From Schizochytrium sp. TIO01 (Eukaryota; Protista; Bigyra: Labyrinthulomycetes): DNA of 64,000 bases. Below are positions 51,101 through 62,291 of this stretch, piece after piece. Within the stretch, counting starts at the first letter, position 1; every line of letters begins with the position of its first letter. The DNA lies in the NCBI GenBank assembly GCA_004764695.1, contig SMSO01000031.1:3262436-3326435 (forward strand). The letters run 5' to 3'. A program made the translations under genes and the position numbers. The notes below the pieces were generated by a model. That model ran no database searches. It was not told where the DNA came from and worked only from the letters and a program-made list of their open reading frames with translations.

Positions 51101-51127
51101 CTCGCCAAAACGGCCTGTCGAGGCCAA
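48119..51127 (-). CDS. Coiled-coil protein with C-terminal EF-hand(s), TSNAXIP1-like helical region
   Basis: 1002-aa ORF. EF loop FSKYDLDNNGVLSLEEF and a second degenerate loop DDDDDSDNITKEGF. Segment ISDVYSAK...VMDYFTQKYGLRKLA...RAEVFG resembles ciliary TSNAXIP1-type proteins. Confidence 0.78.
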   Translation of the reverse strand: MASTGRFGETRMATTRRRRDRVRHREDVGSRDGQSKDLFIRSQLEQLAPTRVPRRLQALGERPQSVQQQRLELVGDYRAQVECTQNLLHEIRTVGAREERIKALRDTGPATRFLAESKSCDVLASTPLSVKVLDEHQMLTGGPSLDLHHDHEEFRKQVAKLKDELKLMRGALGEIQFDKDVRKIFDQLTLRARYLDLVWASHLERIKAFCRELEQSVAADHSRLAQGYAQRLRVMQLQQELEMKKLMNQMEQKSRDQAYMMSLLRSQQGSSQKLLEDSDNDAKDKDDENAHLDEDDGMWSWSPAEAPHNPDEDDLLGLNAALDPRLRDRVLETLSAVDLGLRVGKMDRNDLAYLVSQLKALTKQALLESLLHGSSGQGRLNMLKEFLLEGDLMLELSGDDTSLMGTVLDNMAIDGRMRLLLQILQASNVAGMNGQSNLTQFEEATQEYLKNGGMPNQVAPGLERNSSFREKSISAPQTGRLPYVSIHLDGGLVHLRGHAPTVDVGVGPDGDAGRITVRSENSLEARLRELFETGQPNAMLEKLSIKHAERYIQASKDSQYSVKISISSSKSGSGDAKAMFSSKPHPWTKFLRASKKKQGRDVNIDTVISDVYSAKVLLDQDFRQRGERKPLCNVVMDYFTQKYGLRKLAREYTHGLVKTLRQHAAQSKRAEVFGIACGVLRESMYSPVVGDVLAEFLAQLSNGNSDSTHVLLSKGEGNAFQPLSAVLSAINSVFLAAERLDNFSKRTSTAPPVLNTEVLVQQRDATVPKKLNSPGKGKGKKNSVAASPGNAHRGTVFISSAGPGGEVKRSWTMPSAIRQSLTAQLEAIAKPASEVSALKENGSVLYCNVDAAMDILLNIFLEKLHVDRCMLMHLFSKYDLDNNGVLSLEEFTELLTHCQLMEPLDEEGVMDLWNKVNDNEDDDDDSDNITKEGFATVCIAQGLQFNYWKLQDVKEKLDEILIERGIVGGKSSKNLAELSDDVREESLNTNDNSIPEDETQED

Positions 51128-51643
51128 GCCTCAGACCCTTTTCCTGGCGAAAGCTTGCTTCTACAACGCGTTCGCTGTCCACGTGCATTAATTTACCAAT
51201 CGTCCATGCAGCTCTTTGTCACCATGGCGCGACGATAAGCACGTGCATTCATTCCCATCTTCTGCTGGACAGGTGTCCCCGCATGCCCGCGCCATAATGG
51301 GTGTGCACTATTGTGCGCACCCCTTCAGTTTTTGTTTCTCCTTATTGCCCATTATACGATTCTAAGTTCAAGTCCTTTACACCACAACGTCTCGGGCGAG
51401 TTGCCTTCACGAGTGTAAGTCTTGTGAACATGATAGAACACCTAAATAAAGATGGACAGCAGGAGCCAGCTAGACCAACGCAGGGTTCTTCAAGCTCACT
51501 TCAGTTTGAGGGACTTGAACTACCTCAAGCTACGTCTGCGATTTGCTACTGCATATCAGTGATTTATCAGTGATTTGGGGTTCCCTTTTGGCGTGTTCTG
51601 AATTATGACAACCTGAGTCCAAAGACGAGGACCTCGAGCTCCC

Positions 51644-52465
51644 TCAGACGTGGCAGCTGTTTGTAGACCGTCCGTAGGCCCTAACAGCCTTGTTTGAGAG
51701 GCGCTGGACACCGCGGCGTGCCTCTAAAAGTTCTTCGTTGGCACGGAGATTTGTGCAATTTTAGCATTCTTGATCGTATTTGGGAACTAGGGAACCAGGT
51801 ACTGCTTTGATGATCACCGCCAACTTGCCATTTCTGTATTGCGGCAGAGCACTCGAGAGGACCAGTGTGCTCAGGTCTGCCTTGTCGAAGCGTGGGTGTG
51901 CCCAGGCAAAGTCAAAGGCTCCGACCACGGATTGAGCTGGCCTGGGGTCCATATCAAGATTGCTTTCTAGTGTCTCCAATCTTCCACAGAACCTGGCGCC
52001 TTTCGCGAGAGCGACCTTCACAACTCAATCGTGTATTGTGTCAACGTGAATACTTTGTACTAAGTATACTTTGCAGCGAGGAAGGTTTGCTAACTCGAGC
52101 AGCAATCGTCAAGTCCTGACGAAATCAACCCTCAAAATCCTGACGTCGAATGCGAAGACCAAAATCAGCACGAGGTTGTTCTCTTGCATCGAAGACAAGG
52201 TCATGTCCCCTGACAACCAGTTGGTTCTCTTCGCAATTGCGTTAGTGGAGATGGTATCCGCGATGGACTATCGATAGATTGTCTTCCGGGTCCGTGTGTG
52301 AGCTACTAAATCATCTGTTAAAGCCAGAGGCCGTCTCCTGAGAGCCGCCCGCGACCATAAGACTTCGCCTTGCACATGAAACATGTCCAGAACGCGGCAC
52401 TGGAGCCCCAGGGTCCGGACCCCAATCTTAGCCATTGTTGAATTGGTACAGTAACGCGATGACAT
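51644..52465 (-). pseudogene. Decayed gene of unknown family
   Basis: ORFs 52268-52465 and 51761-52021 lie in the same frame. The frame runs about 270 codons with four internal stops and coding-like GC content. Confidence 0.4.
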
Positions 52466-53470
52466 CGGATTTGGTGCCTCTACCTTGAAACATCGGGACT
52501 GCGAAGCACTAAGAGATGGCGATTAGAGACCATAACATTTCGTGTTGGTAGCACCTGCTTACTACTTACTAACAGGTACAAAGTACACAGCCTTCTTTAT
52601 GAGTAGGTAGGTAGGTAGCTACGTAGTAGGTAATAGGTAGCTAATAAGTCGGTCGTCAGTTTCTTGAGTACGTAGCATATTTGTTGATTTTGGCAAAACC
52701 AAAACTTCTGCAGATCTACGAACTCCGATTGATTGCAGTCCTGCCCAGATTTAGTCTCTGACGATATAGGAAAAATCCTCTCGTTGTCATTGCTTGCTCG
52801 AGTGCCGCTAAGAGCTTGAAAACTTGCACTCCTGACTGCTCGATCTTTCGTGGTCTCTTTGTGAGAGCGTTGATATGTGCAAACTTATCTTATGCTCAAT
52901 TGCACTCGAATCCTGAAAGGAAGAAAGACTTTCCTCAGTTCTTCTGTTCTTCTATTTCTTTTCTATTAATTTAAAACAAAAAAGATCGTCGCAGTGAAAC
53001 AAAGAAATACACAAGTTGAGGTACATTTCAAAGGTCGCAGTAGAAGAAGTGATCTGCAAACACGCAAAAGATCAACTAAGCAAAGGGGCGAGCTTTGTTT
53101 GAGAGTAGTTGCACTAGAAGTGGATGCGGCGCTCCCTCACACTCGCTGTCTACACCATCTGAGGAAGGACAGAGCTAATAGAACGTCGTCTTCGTGTTGG
53201 TGTTGGTATTGCCGAGGAGAGATTGCTTCGATTACAGATCAGGTTCTAAAAGAGGGCGCTCTTCGCAAAGGCGTTAGAACGAGGATATCTATAATCCAGC
53301 TTGGTTAGCGTTTGAAGGTTTGCTAAGAGAGGTATTGACAGCCTGACAAAAGGGACTTTTTTAATGCGAAAGTGGCTTGGAACTGTGATTTGATTTTGAA
53401 GAAAAAATGGCATCGAATTTTGCTGCAGACCAGACCGCAAAATCAGTTGATCAAAGGAGGAGCCAAGGTC

Positions 53471-55143
53471 ATGAATGTAGATCCGGGAAAGATTTTGAAA
53501 AGGCGAAAGCAGGCTGCCAATCAAAACGTCCTTTCTACCGCAGGAGACTCCATTGTATCAACTCGAGGCACACTAATTATCTTCTTCGGAGCTCGACCAC
53601 AACAAGGTGCACTCACAAACTTAAAAAATCCACATGAATACTATAAAGGTACACTTAAATACTATAAAGGTGCGCTTCATAGGTATTTTCAGATTGCCAA
53701 ACGTATCCATGAGGCGGCTGAAGATTCTGTACAAGTCAGACAAGCCTTCCTTATCGCAGAGGCAGCACATGTGAAAGACAATGCCACGGTGATACGCGGA
53801 CTACTTATGAAAGTAGACTCCACAAATATAGATGAGCCAGAAGCATTAGTACGGGATGACTGGCGCCCAGACAAGCTCGATGTTTATAATCTTGTCATTG
53901 TGATTCGTTGTTCACATTCGGCTGAATTTGTGGCTGAATTTCCAGTTCCCCAAAGAATTACAGAATTCTTGGTGAATATGCCAAAAGTTACCGATGTCTT
54001 TTTACATGCCTGCCTCAGTACTGAAATCGCGCGGAATCTGTATCGCGTTAGGCCCATAAATGTGTTCTACTGGAGTAGTATGTCGCACATTAATCTTGGT
54101 CTTATAGATGAAGAGCATGATTTCCTGTCCGTTTTTCTACAAGAACTTACATTTAGTAACTGTTTTCAAGAAGCCTTTGAGCGGGCTAGAAGTAAATTTC
54201 TTCAAGATGTGGCAAAGGCCCCGACCTTAAGGGGGAAATATGAACGAAAGAATAGCTTGCTTCCTCCGCGAACAGAGACAACGCATACGTGCAAACGAAT
54301 TGGGATACCTGAAATTTTCGTGAAGAATGGCAAAGAGTCTGCTTATACTGCGATACAGCTCCTACCGCATGAAAATCTGAAGTTCTTTCGGAAAAACCTA
54401 TTGCAGGCTATCTTTGACTTGCATGACACTCTGGAAGACTTGATGGACGAATCTAATGACGACATTCTACGGCTAGGACCGTTTCTACCCACGGTGTACC
54501 AGTTTGTCTCTCTCATTGCGTGGTTGTGTCTCTGTGAATTCTTACCGGCTTCTCGTGCCAAACAGGGGCATCTTCAACCTAGCTACCATGTCCCATCTCG
54601 AACACAGTACGATCGTATCTGTAATATTCTTAAGGCATTACTGAATCTTTTCAGTAATGATACTTTCGCCAATCTTGCAACGATACATCTCGAATTTTTG
54701 TTACTCTGAGTGATATTGGAGCAGCCTTCATTTTTGATGAAGAGTACCCGCCGAGGGTTATGCCCTATTCTGAGTTCCTTGCAACACTGAGTGCATCACA
54801 AGACCTCGCCGAGATACCTACTAGATTCAGGGATGCAGTTCAAGAACTCAAGCACTTTTATGCCAGGCTTGGTGGTAGTCGTGGAAAGCTTCAAGCACTT
54901 CAAAAGTGTATTGCACAATGTACTGAAGAGTTCCATATGGATGGAGGTGAAGAGGTTACTGTGTTGCGACCACACTATGCAAATGAGGAATCTCCTCCAT
55001 CGATACCTTGGGTTCGAGTATCAGTCTTTACGACCATACTTGGTTTGGCGGGAGTTCTATATTATAGATTTCATTCGAATACATTTCCCTTGTTGGTAAC
55101 TTCCAGGTTACCACAATTATCATCTACCTCATCGTCACCATGA
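53471..55143 (+). CDS. CHAT (caspase-hemoglobinase fold)-like protein with C-terminal TM; split at about 54695-54709
   Basis: LVIVIRCSH...VTDVFLHACLSTEIARNL...VFYWSS...HDFLSVFLQEL...FQEAFERAR follows the CHAT pattern. One extra T in the T5 run at 54695-54699 would join it to ORF 54760-55143, which ends in a TM segment VSVFTTILGLAGVLYYRF. First ATG at 53471. Confidence 0.6.
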
Positions 55144-55699
55144 CTATCTACGAACCTTTATTTTTTGCTATTTTATATTTTAAAACATATAAATGGCTTT
55201 CCAATTAATTTTTTTTTCTTGATAATTTTACGTGGGTTTGCCCATGCTTAGGATCCGTATTCAGAGGCTTGAAAACCTATGAAAAGAATACAACAGAACT
55301 TCTATTTATATCACTCTCAAAACCAGAGAAGGCTGTCAGCTGCTTGTATTGTAGTCCATTCATAACCCTTGAATGTTTGAAGTGCCATCTTCCAGCGCAC
55401 TGTGCACGAGCACAAACAGATATTTCTTTTTCCTCTTGAAGAACAAAAACTTAAGTTATATTTTGCTTGAATTCGGAAAGGCGAGATTGGGCTGGATAGA
55501 TATTGCTCACTTTTTGATAAGAGACGCTGTTCCTCTAGTGTAATATAATTTTTGAACTAATAACTTAAAAAAGTAATACTTCTTCATATAATTTTAATAA
55601 TTTGTCCGTTCACTTATATGAGAAGCTGCTTCACCTGGATGATTCCATAGGGAAAGAATTGAAGCAAATCTCAATGGTCCTTCTTCCCTTGATGCTAGG

Positions 55700-58600
55700 A
55701 TGGAGGATCCCACAACTGATGTTGGCGGGGATGGTACTCTCGGGCTGAGGTCACGGGAGCTTAGATCTAGAAAAGTCAAAACTAGCAAAAACTCTGGAGA
55801 CGCAAGAAGAGAAACTGGAACCTGGAAGGCATACGAGACGCAGCAATTGCGAGAGGATGCCTCGAATAGTTTTAAAAGGCCAGACTCTCCTGAAAAGCAA
55901 AAGAGCGGAAACCAGGAGATTGACGAGCTGTCAAGGCCATCAACGCAAGGCACCATGCCATGGAAAGATCCGCTTGCGATGATACGAAAATCAGAGCGAG
56001 TTATAAGACCTGAGACAAGCTGGATACGGAAAGACGAACGCGACAGCGTAGAAACATTTATGTGGGATAAACAACGTGGTCAATATGCTCTACAAAGACG
56101 CCGTCAACTCCGAGAAGACATTCTGGTACAAGGCACCGAGAGAGCATTGGAGTACAATCTTGAGCGTCAGGGAGTCTACTTGGCAGACAAAGAAGTTGTT
56201 CTAGAGGATGAAGAAGCATTTGAAGATCCCAACTTTGGCCCAAAGCTTCCTCTAACAAGCTATGCTGAGCTATATGAGCAGCGCTTTCATCTTGAGCGGC
56301 AAGATTCCATACACAAGAACATAGACCCAAGGCTTGCAGGGCATCGCAATTCGCGAAGGAGAAGTAGCGCTAGAAGTAGCATTGATGGTGATGCATCCAG
56401 AGCAATTACTGAAGATGAGCTACAGGCTGCAGAGGAGAAGCGGCGTCGCAAGGAAGAAGAAGCTCTACAAGAACAACAAGAGCAACGCGAGCGCGCAGAG
56501 AAGATTTTCTTCTTTTATGAGCAGGTAGACCAAGTTGTAGCCCGTATTGCAAACACGCTCACATCAATCAATAAATCAGAGCGACATTTTGCGTTGCAAT
56601 TAGGGGATAAATTCGTCAATGACCCAGCTATCAAAGCTGCCAAAGATATTCAGACATCTCGAATGAGCCTAGTACAGCTACTTGGTACTTCAGATCCTGA
56701 TATTGCTCCCCAAAAGGCACAAGAGGTTTCGTTTTATACAGAAGAAGAAGCCGAAGAGTTTCGCTCGACCAAAGAATCGTTTGATGCACTCTCGCAAGCA
56801 ATTAATGTAGCGACTTTCGCAGAGACACTTCATGAAGTTGGAGAATGGATTCATGGTCGAAAAAAGCAGTCTATGGATGACGAAAAGGATTACTTTTCGC
56901 TGATGCAACAGGTGGAAGAACAAGAAGCAGAGGCAGAAGGCTCATCGCGTTCAGTTCGTTTGATGCTTCGAGAGAAAGAGCAACTTGCTGAAAGTAGCAT
57001 CAAACGTTTTGGAAAGAAGCTACAAGACGCGAAAAGTAAGGGTAAGCAAATGTTGTCTTTACTTGCACAGATGGATGCAGAAACCACAATCCGGCATGCT
57101 CAGCAAGTTCAAGAGAGTATTGCAATGCTAGAGTACCAAATCACGATTCTCCGTGGTCGCATTTTTGATGCAGATGGCAAGATTAAGGAGCAAAGGGGAA
57201 ATGATAAGGGCAATCCAGAAGTGGAAAAGGCAATGCAGGCAGAACAAGCAAGACAAGACAAGGCAAGTGCTGAGATTTTACGGGAACTGGAAAAGGTTCA
57301 AGCAAAAAGTGCAGTTCTCAGTAAGCAAGTTGCTGTATCCAACGACGTTGTCCAAACGCTACGACACCTGGACCAGCAAGTAAAATTGCAACTAGTTTTC
57401 AAGCTTAAGGCCAAACAAACACGGGAAGAAGCTGAACAGCAGCATCAACAGCAGTTGCATCAACAGCAGCAACAGCAGCAACAGCAGCAACAGCAGCAAC
57501 TGGAGCGCCAAGCTGAGGAAGGGTTTAGCGATGGGCAGCTAGGCAAGCCGGGGGGTGAGACAGTATCTGATGATGGAAAGATGGAGATGCCCCCGTCCTC
57601 CAGTCAAGCTGTGAGTTCATCTCAAAGTCAGGACAAACAGAATATCATTTCAAGTACAGATGCTTATGCTGATGATATTGAGGACGATGGGGATATCTCT
57701 GACGCATCGAGCGTTGCTTCAGATGCGTCAGAACAAAAGGCAGAGATTTCAGCATTGAAGGATCTTGTTCGAGCTGCAGAAGAGGAAAAGAAAAATGCTT
57801 TAGAGGCAAAGAAAAAACGAGAAGATGACCTTCGTAAGCGCAAAGAAGAGCTTGAAGCCATGCCGTCTGGACTTGAACGCGAAGCAAGGCTTGTTGATCG
57901 CGTCAATGAACTAAAACAGAAACGAGATGCCCAGAAAAACCGCAGCCTTGATGCTGTTCTGTTTGAACAACAGTCCCAGAAAATCAAGTTCCTGGAGACA
58001 AGAAGAGAGGAGGTTCTGAGGCTGTCATCTCGATTTAAAGAGCGAATAGCGAATGCAAAATCGGCCTTAGATGATGTTGAGAGTCGTTTAGATGAAGCAA
58101 ACGATGAGCTTCTCCTCTACAAAGGCCCTGTAAAGAAGGTCCTGGGAAGATCTACAACCTCGCGACGTGGACGAGCTAACACAATGAAGCAGCGAGAATT
58201 GCGTGGCGCTATGGGTGATGTTGGTCCTGAAGGTGATGAAGCTGGGCTTAATGTGATGATAGCCGCGGCTACTAATAATAGTGGCGGCGAAGAAATTGAA
58301 GAGGCCACACTAGAGGAGCTCCGCGGTCTCGTGGCAAAAGCATTTGAGGCAGCATATGCTCCATACTATATTGATCCAGAAACTGGTGATCGTATGGGTC
58401 GAGATCGCTTACACGCGACTGTTGTGCGAAGCGAACAATTAGGAGAGGTTCTTATGCGCGCTGAGGAGCCCACCGTAGCCCAGGAGTTGGAAGCTACACA
58501 AAACGATCTAGTGAAAATTCAGGGGATTCTAGCCCGTCTTGAAGCAGATACAGAGAATACTAGATCAGCTCTTGCGGCGGCAACTGCTGAAGAGATAAAC

Positions 58601-60265
58601 CCGAGCCGAGAGTCGGATGAAATTCATCGGCGCTACTTGGAGGCCACTAAATCAATCGATAGAATTCAAAAGTCCCTTGCACACGACCGAGAGCTTCTGA
58701 ACTCACAAAGACGCTCTGTACAGACTTCGCATGAAGAAGAGTTACGTTCAGTGCTAGATGGCATGGAAACGATGAACAGAGAGGTACTTCAGCTTAAAGA
58801 GCGTGTAACTATAATTGCAAAAGAAGCAAATGAACGTCAAGAACACAGCGAGCGAGCTCAAGAGCTCTTGAAACGACAGCAACAGCTGCACCGTAAGATG
58901 TTTACGGATGTTTCAAAGCTTCGTGAAGAAGTCCGCCAAAATCAGACAGACAACCCTGGGCAGCGTGCAAAGCGTGTGCGGCGGCAAATCCAGGCGCTCG
59001 AGCTCGAGAACATCAAATTGAATCGCAAGCTTCGCGACATGCGGTCACAACTCCAAAAGAAGCAATTTCAAGCACGCAAGCGGGCTGAAGCACGCGCGAT
59101 GGCTCTTAAAATGGGCCGCGAGCCGGAGCCTCTCAGCGAATTGGATCAGCTCTTCCGTGATGATGATGAGACTCGCGCTCGCAAAACGGCTCTCCGTAAG
59201 TCCATTAAGAAAGCCATTCACAAGCTTTCCAGATGGCGGTACCGTTGGCAGGTCGCCAAACGTGCTGCCTCCCATGCCTCTACTGCCCAGCACGCTGGTC
59301 TCACTGCGACCCACCCGAGCTCCAATACACAGTCTTTCTCCACACGCCTCTCTGGTACTGGCATCCCAGGTCGTCCCAGCAACGCTGTGCACTCTGGCGG
59401 ACTCCTCACATCCAGGAGCAGTTACTATGGATCCGGCGCTTTCCGTGGCCTTGAATCTCACCAGATTGTGAGCTCCCCGTTCCACAGTGGCCACATCGAT
59501 CAGACATCTGGACTGCGTATATCAACGCAACTTACAAACCCAACTGCTGGAGGCCCTGCGCAGCACAGACTCATGGCAGAGCTCGGGGCGCGGCAGAGTC
59601 TTGCAGTGGAGGCAAGAAGACGGGCATCCCTAGGAGCCTCGGGAGCCGCGCTGATGCCTCTCGAAACATCTGGTGTGAGGTCTTCGCTCGGGCTCTTTGT
59701 GGCTGAGAACCCAGCAATGAACGGTATCACTATGAATGGAATAAAGGCGCTCTCAGTCGGAAGACCTGCGGGGTCTCCTTCAGCAAGGCAACAGGAATCA
59801 CCAAGGAGAAGGCTTTGGCGCAAGCAGACTGCGGGAAAGTCTTTGGGACGCGGTCTGAGTGCACGAGATGGCGATGCCTCGATGGGATTTCAATTCTCAA
59901 AAAATAAACAACAACAGGATTTTGGGCTCTCAGCTGCAGGCGTTTCACCCAGAACGATGGGAAGGTCGCAAAAATCGCCAAGACAAAAATCACTTTTACA
60001 GAAGATGCCGCGGAGCCTGTACGATGGAGTGGCGCCCCGTGATCTTTCAAAATCAACTGTGAACTCGGCGACTGCGCGGAGACTGCAGCCTTCCAGTCCC
60101 GTGCCAAAATTAGTATTAGGGGCTGGCAAAAAGGGACCTCCTGCGTCTGCAACAGCACAAGGACAGTCAAATGATCCTCGGTACGATTGGATGCAGCCCG
60201 TGGATGTTGACTTGATGGCGCTCGCGAAACCTTTTCGGGGTGCCAGCTCCTCCCCCAAAAGATGA
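55700..60265 (+). CDS. Large coiled-coil protein (1521 aa) with polyQ tract and basic disordered tail
   Basis: Long intact ORF, E/K/Q/R-rich heptads, CAG/CAA polyQ at about 57436-57499; no catalytic motif recognised. Confidence 0.85.
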   Translation: MEDPTTDVGGDGTLGLRSRELRSRKVKTSKNSGDARRETGTWKAYETQQLREDASNSFKRPDSPEKQKSGNQEIDELSRPSTQGTMPWKDPLAMIRKSERVIRPETSWIRKDERDSVETFMWDKQRGQYALQRRRQLREDILVQGTERALEYNLERQGVYLADKEVVLEDEEAFEDPNFGPKLPLTSYAELYEQRFHLERQDSIHKNIDPRLAGHRNSRRRSSARSSIDGDASRAITEDELQAAEEKRRRKEEEALQEQQEQRERAEKIFFFYEQVDQVVARIANTLTSINKSERHFALQLGDKFVNDPAIKAAKDIQTSRMSLVQLLGTSDPDIAPQKAQEVSFYTEEEAEEFRSTKESFDALSQAINVATFAETLHEVGEWIHGRKKQSMDDEKDYFSLMQQVEEQEAEAEGSSRSVRLMLREKEQLAESSIKRFGKKLQDAKSKGKQMLSLLAQMDAETTIRHAQQVQESIAMLEYQITILRGRIFDADGKIKEQRGNDKGNPEVEKAMQAEQARQDKASAEILRELEKVQAKSAVLSKQVAVSNDVVQTLRHLDQQVKLQLVFKLKAKQTREEAEQQHQQQLHQQQQQQQQQQQQQLERQAEEGFSDGQLGKPGGETVSDDGKMEMPPSSSQAVSSSQSQDKQNIISSTDAYADDIEDDGDISDASSVASDASEQKAEISALKDLVRAAEEEKKNALEAKKKREDDLRKRKEELEAMPSGLEREARLVDRVNELKQKRDAQKNRSLDAVLFEQQSQKIKFLETRREEVLRLSSRFKERIANAKSALDDVESRLDEANDELLLYKGPVKKVLGRSTTSRRGRANTMKQRELRGAMGDVGPEGDEAGLNVMIAAATNNSGGEEIEEATLEELRGLVAKAFEAAYAPYYIDPETGDRMGRDRLHATVVRSEQLGEVLMRAEEPTVAQELEATQNDLVKIQGILARLEADTENTRSALAAATAEEINPSRESDEIHRRYLEATKSIDRIQKSLAHDRELLNSQRRSVQTSHEEELRSVLDGMETMNREVLQLKERVTIIAKEANERQEHSERAQELLKRQQQLHRKMFTDVSKLREEVRQNQTDNPGQRAKRVRRQIQALELENIKLNRKLRDMRSQLQKKQFQARKRAEARAMALKMGREPEPLSELDQLFRDDDETRARKTALRKSIKKAIHKLSRWRYRWQVAKRAASHASTAQHAGLTATHPSSNTQSFSTRLSGTGIPGRPSNAVHSGGLLTSRSSYYGSGAFRGLESHQIVSSPFHSGHIDQTSGLRISTQLTNPTAGGPAQHRLMAELGARQSLAVEARRRASLGASGAALMPLETSGVRSSLGLFVAENPAMNGITMNGIKALSVGRPAGSPSARQQESPRRRLWRKQTAGKSLGRGLSARDGDASMGFQFSKNKQQQDFGLSAAGVSPRTMGRSQKSPRQKSLLQKMPRSLYDGVAPRDLSKSTVNSATARRLQPSSPVPKLVLGAGKKGPPASATAQGQSNDPRYDWMQPVDVDLMALAKPFRGASSSPKR

Positions 60266-60625
60266 GGCACTCATAAAGCCATTCGAGGGTCTCAAGCACT
60301 TTGTGATTCTCCTAAAGATCCCTGCCACTGCTTCTCATGCAGCATCTTCCTTTCGTAGGTATTGCGCTCGGACTTGAGATTCTATCCCAACAATGTCATT
60401 CAAGTTTACTTCAGCATTTCAAGGTCTTTGCGCTCTTGTCTTTTATTAGGTAGGTTGGTATATTTTAGTGACCAATCTGGTTTTTTTTCTATAAATTAAA
60501 AACCTCACTTTAGAAACAACATGAATAGATTTTCTGTATTTTATTACTCTCCTTTATTGGGTTTGAGTTGATCGATCGATCAATTGACAGCGATTGTCAA
60601 TTGCGACGTAGAAGACTTGGGCGCC

Positions 60626-61630
60626 ATGAGCGTGGCGAAGGCAGCGTCGGAGTACTTTGAGACGACAACAGGGAACCGCGTTTCGCGGAAGTCTTCGCTG
60701 TATGGTACCCAAAACATCCGCATCCATGGCAAGAGTCTCATCGAAGAGGGCGTGGTCATCCGCGGCGATCTCGCAAACGTACGTTTCCCATATAAGCCCT
60801 TTGCGGCTCGCTCCATGTGAATAGGGGTATCTTCTGCATCTCAGCTTGAGCGGGAGTATAGAATCGTTTGTTGAAACATTTTTCTTGATGAGGGAGGAGT
60901 GAACAAGGGCTGTTAAATAAGATCCCTGAGAACAGAATTGTAGATAGATTGAAATGCATTTGATATGCATCGTACAGGTGTTATTTTCTAAGCGCTGACG
61001 GATTTATATGCTATTTCTAAATACAGGTGAAAATGGGTAAATTCTGTATCATTAAGCGCGACTGCGTGCTGAGGCCATCTATGAAGATTGTTCAGGAGTA
61101 GGTTTTTATTGCGTGAAACTTGGCATGTCATCTGGCTAGGTCTGTTTGAGCTGAGCATCTATTCTTGATTCCTGGGCTAACGAAACTTCTAATATCTACG
61201 CATCGTGGAGTTGTTATGTTTAAATTGACAGTAAGGCAGTGTTTTTCATGTTGACTCTAAGTGACAATGTTTTTATTGATGAAGGTACGTTTGATCCAAC
61301 CTTATCAACACGTATCGAAGGTGAGAATTTTAACATCGGTGTTTGTCTTGATTCGTAATGTACGGGTGAACAGGGAGTATTGTCGAGGCCTCAGTCATTG
61401 GTGCTGGAGTGGTTATTGGGAAGAATTGTGTAATTGCGAAACGCTGTGTGCTAAAGGATTGTTGTTGGATTAAAGATGGTACTGTGCTGGCCCCAGACAC
61501 CGTTGTGCCCCCGTTTTCTATTTTCGAGGGTTGCCCAGGGAGATTTGTGGGTGAGCTTCCTGAGTGCGCGCCTTCCATGATGACATCGGTTGTGCGTGCA
61601 CAGTACCTTGCATCGAAAGATAACGCATAA
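60626..61630 (+). CDS. DCTN5: Dynactin subunit 5 (p25), four exons
   Basis: Exons 60626-60778, 61027-61097, 61232-61284 and 61374-61630, joined by GT-AG introns, give [152 protein letters not shown], the p25 left-handed beta-helix. Confidence 0.93.
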
Positions 61631-62291
61631 ATAATGTGATCAACTGTCTTAGAATTTTGTGCAAAACGATAGAATGAGTCTTGTTGAAAACGAACACCCA
61701 GTTCTTAGCTTAACGTATCACACACTTGATAAAACTATCGACAAGCAGAGCAAAATTGGAGATGGGTACTCTATAAGAAGAAGACAAGAAATTATGTCGA
61801 CCACAAGAAAGTTGATAAATCATGGATAATTTTAATGAGGGGACAGAAGCATCTACATTAGGGTATCGGGGTATTTTTCAGGTCTCTATGACGTTGCACA
61901 GGCGTTTATCTGATACGAATGTTGAAACAGGGCATCGAAGCAGGCAGGCAAGATATCAAGCTTTTGTATTGCGAGGGTCAGTGCGAGTAGCGCCTCGTTG
62001 GCTTATGGATACTTCTGCTTCTACTTAGAAAACAATGAGCGAACGGAAGAAAAGCTTCTTTCGAACACGAGGATTGATGAGCACTGACTGGCAGGGACTC
62101 ACGCATGTGCATAAGCAAGCACATATGCTTACATACAGGAGGGTACTGGCGTAGGGCGTAATCATATAAAGTATCAGTGATGATCAACGTGTCAGCAGAA
62201 CAAATTTGTCCTGATACACCACAACCAGAAACCTTATTTTTTCTTTTCTTTTCTTTTTTGTTGTTGGAGTCACTCTTTACGGGGCTTTTGC

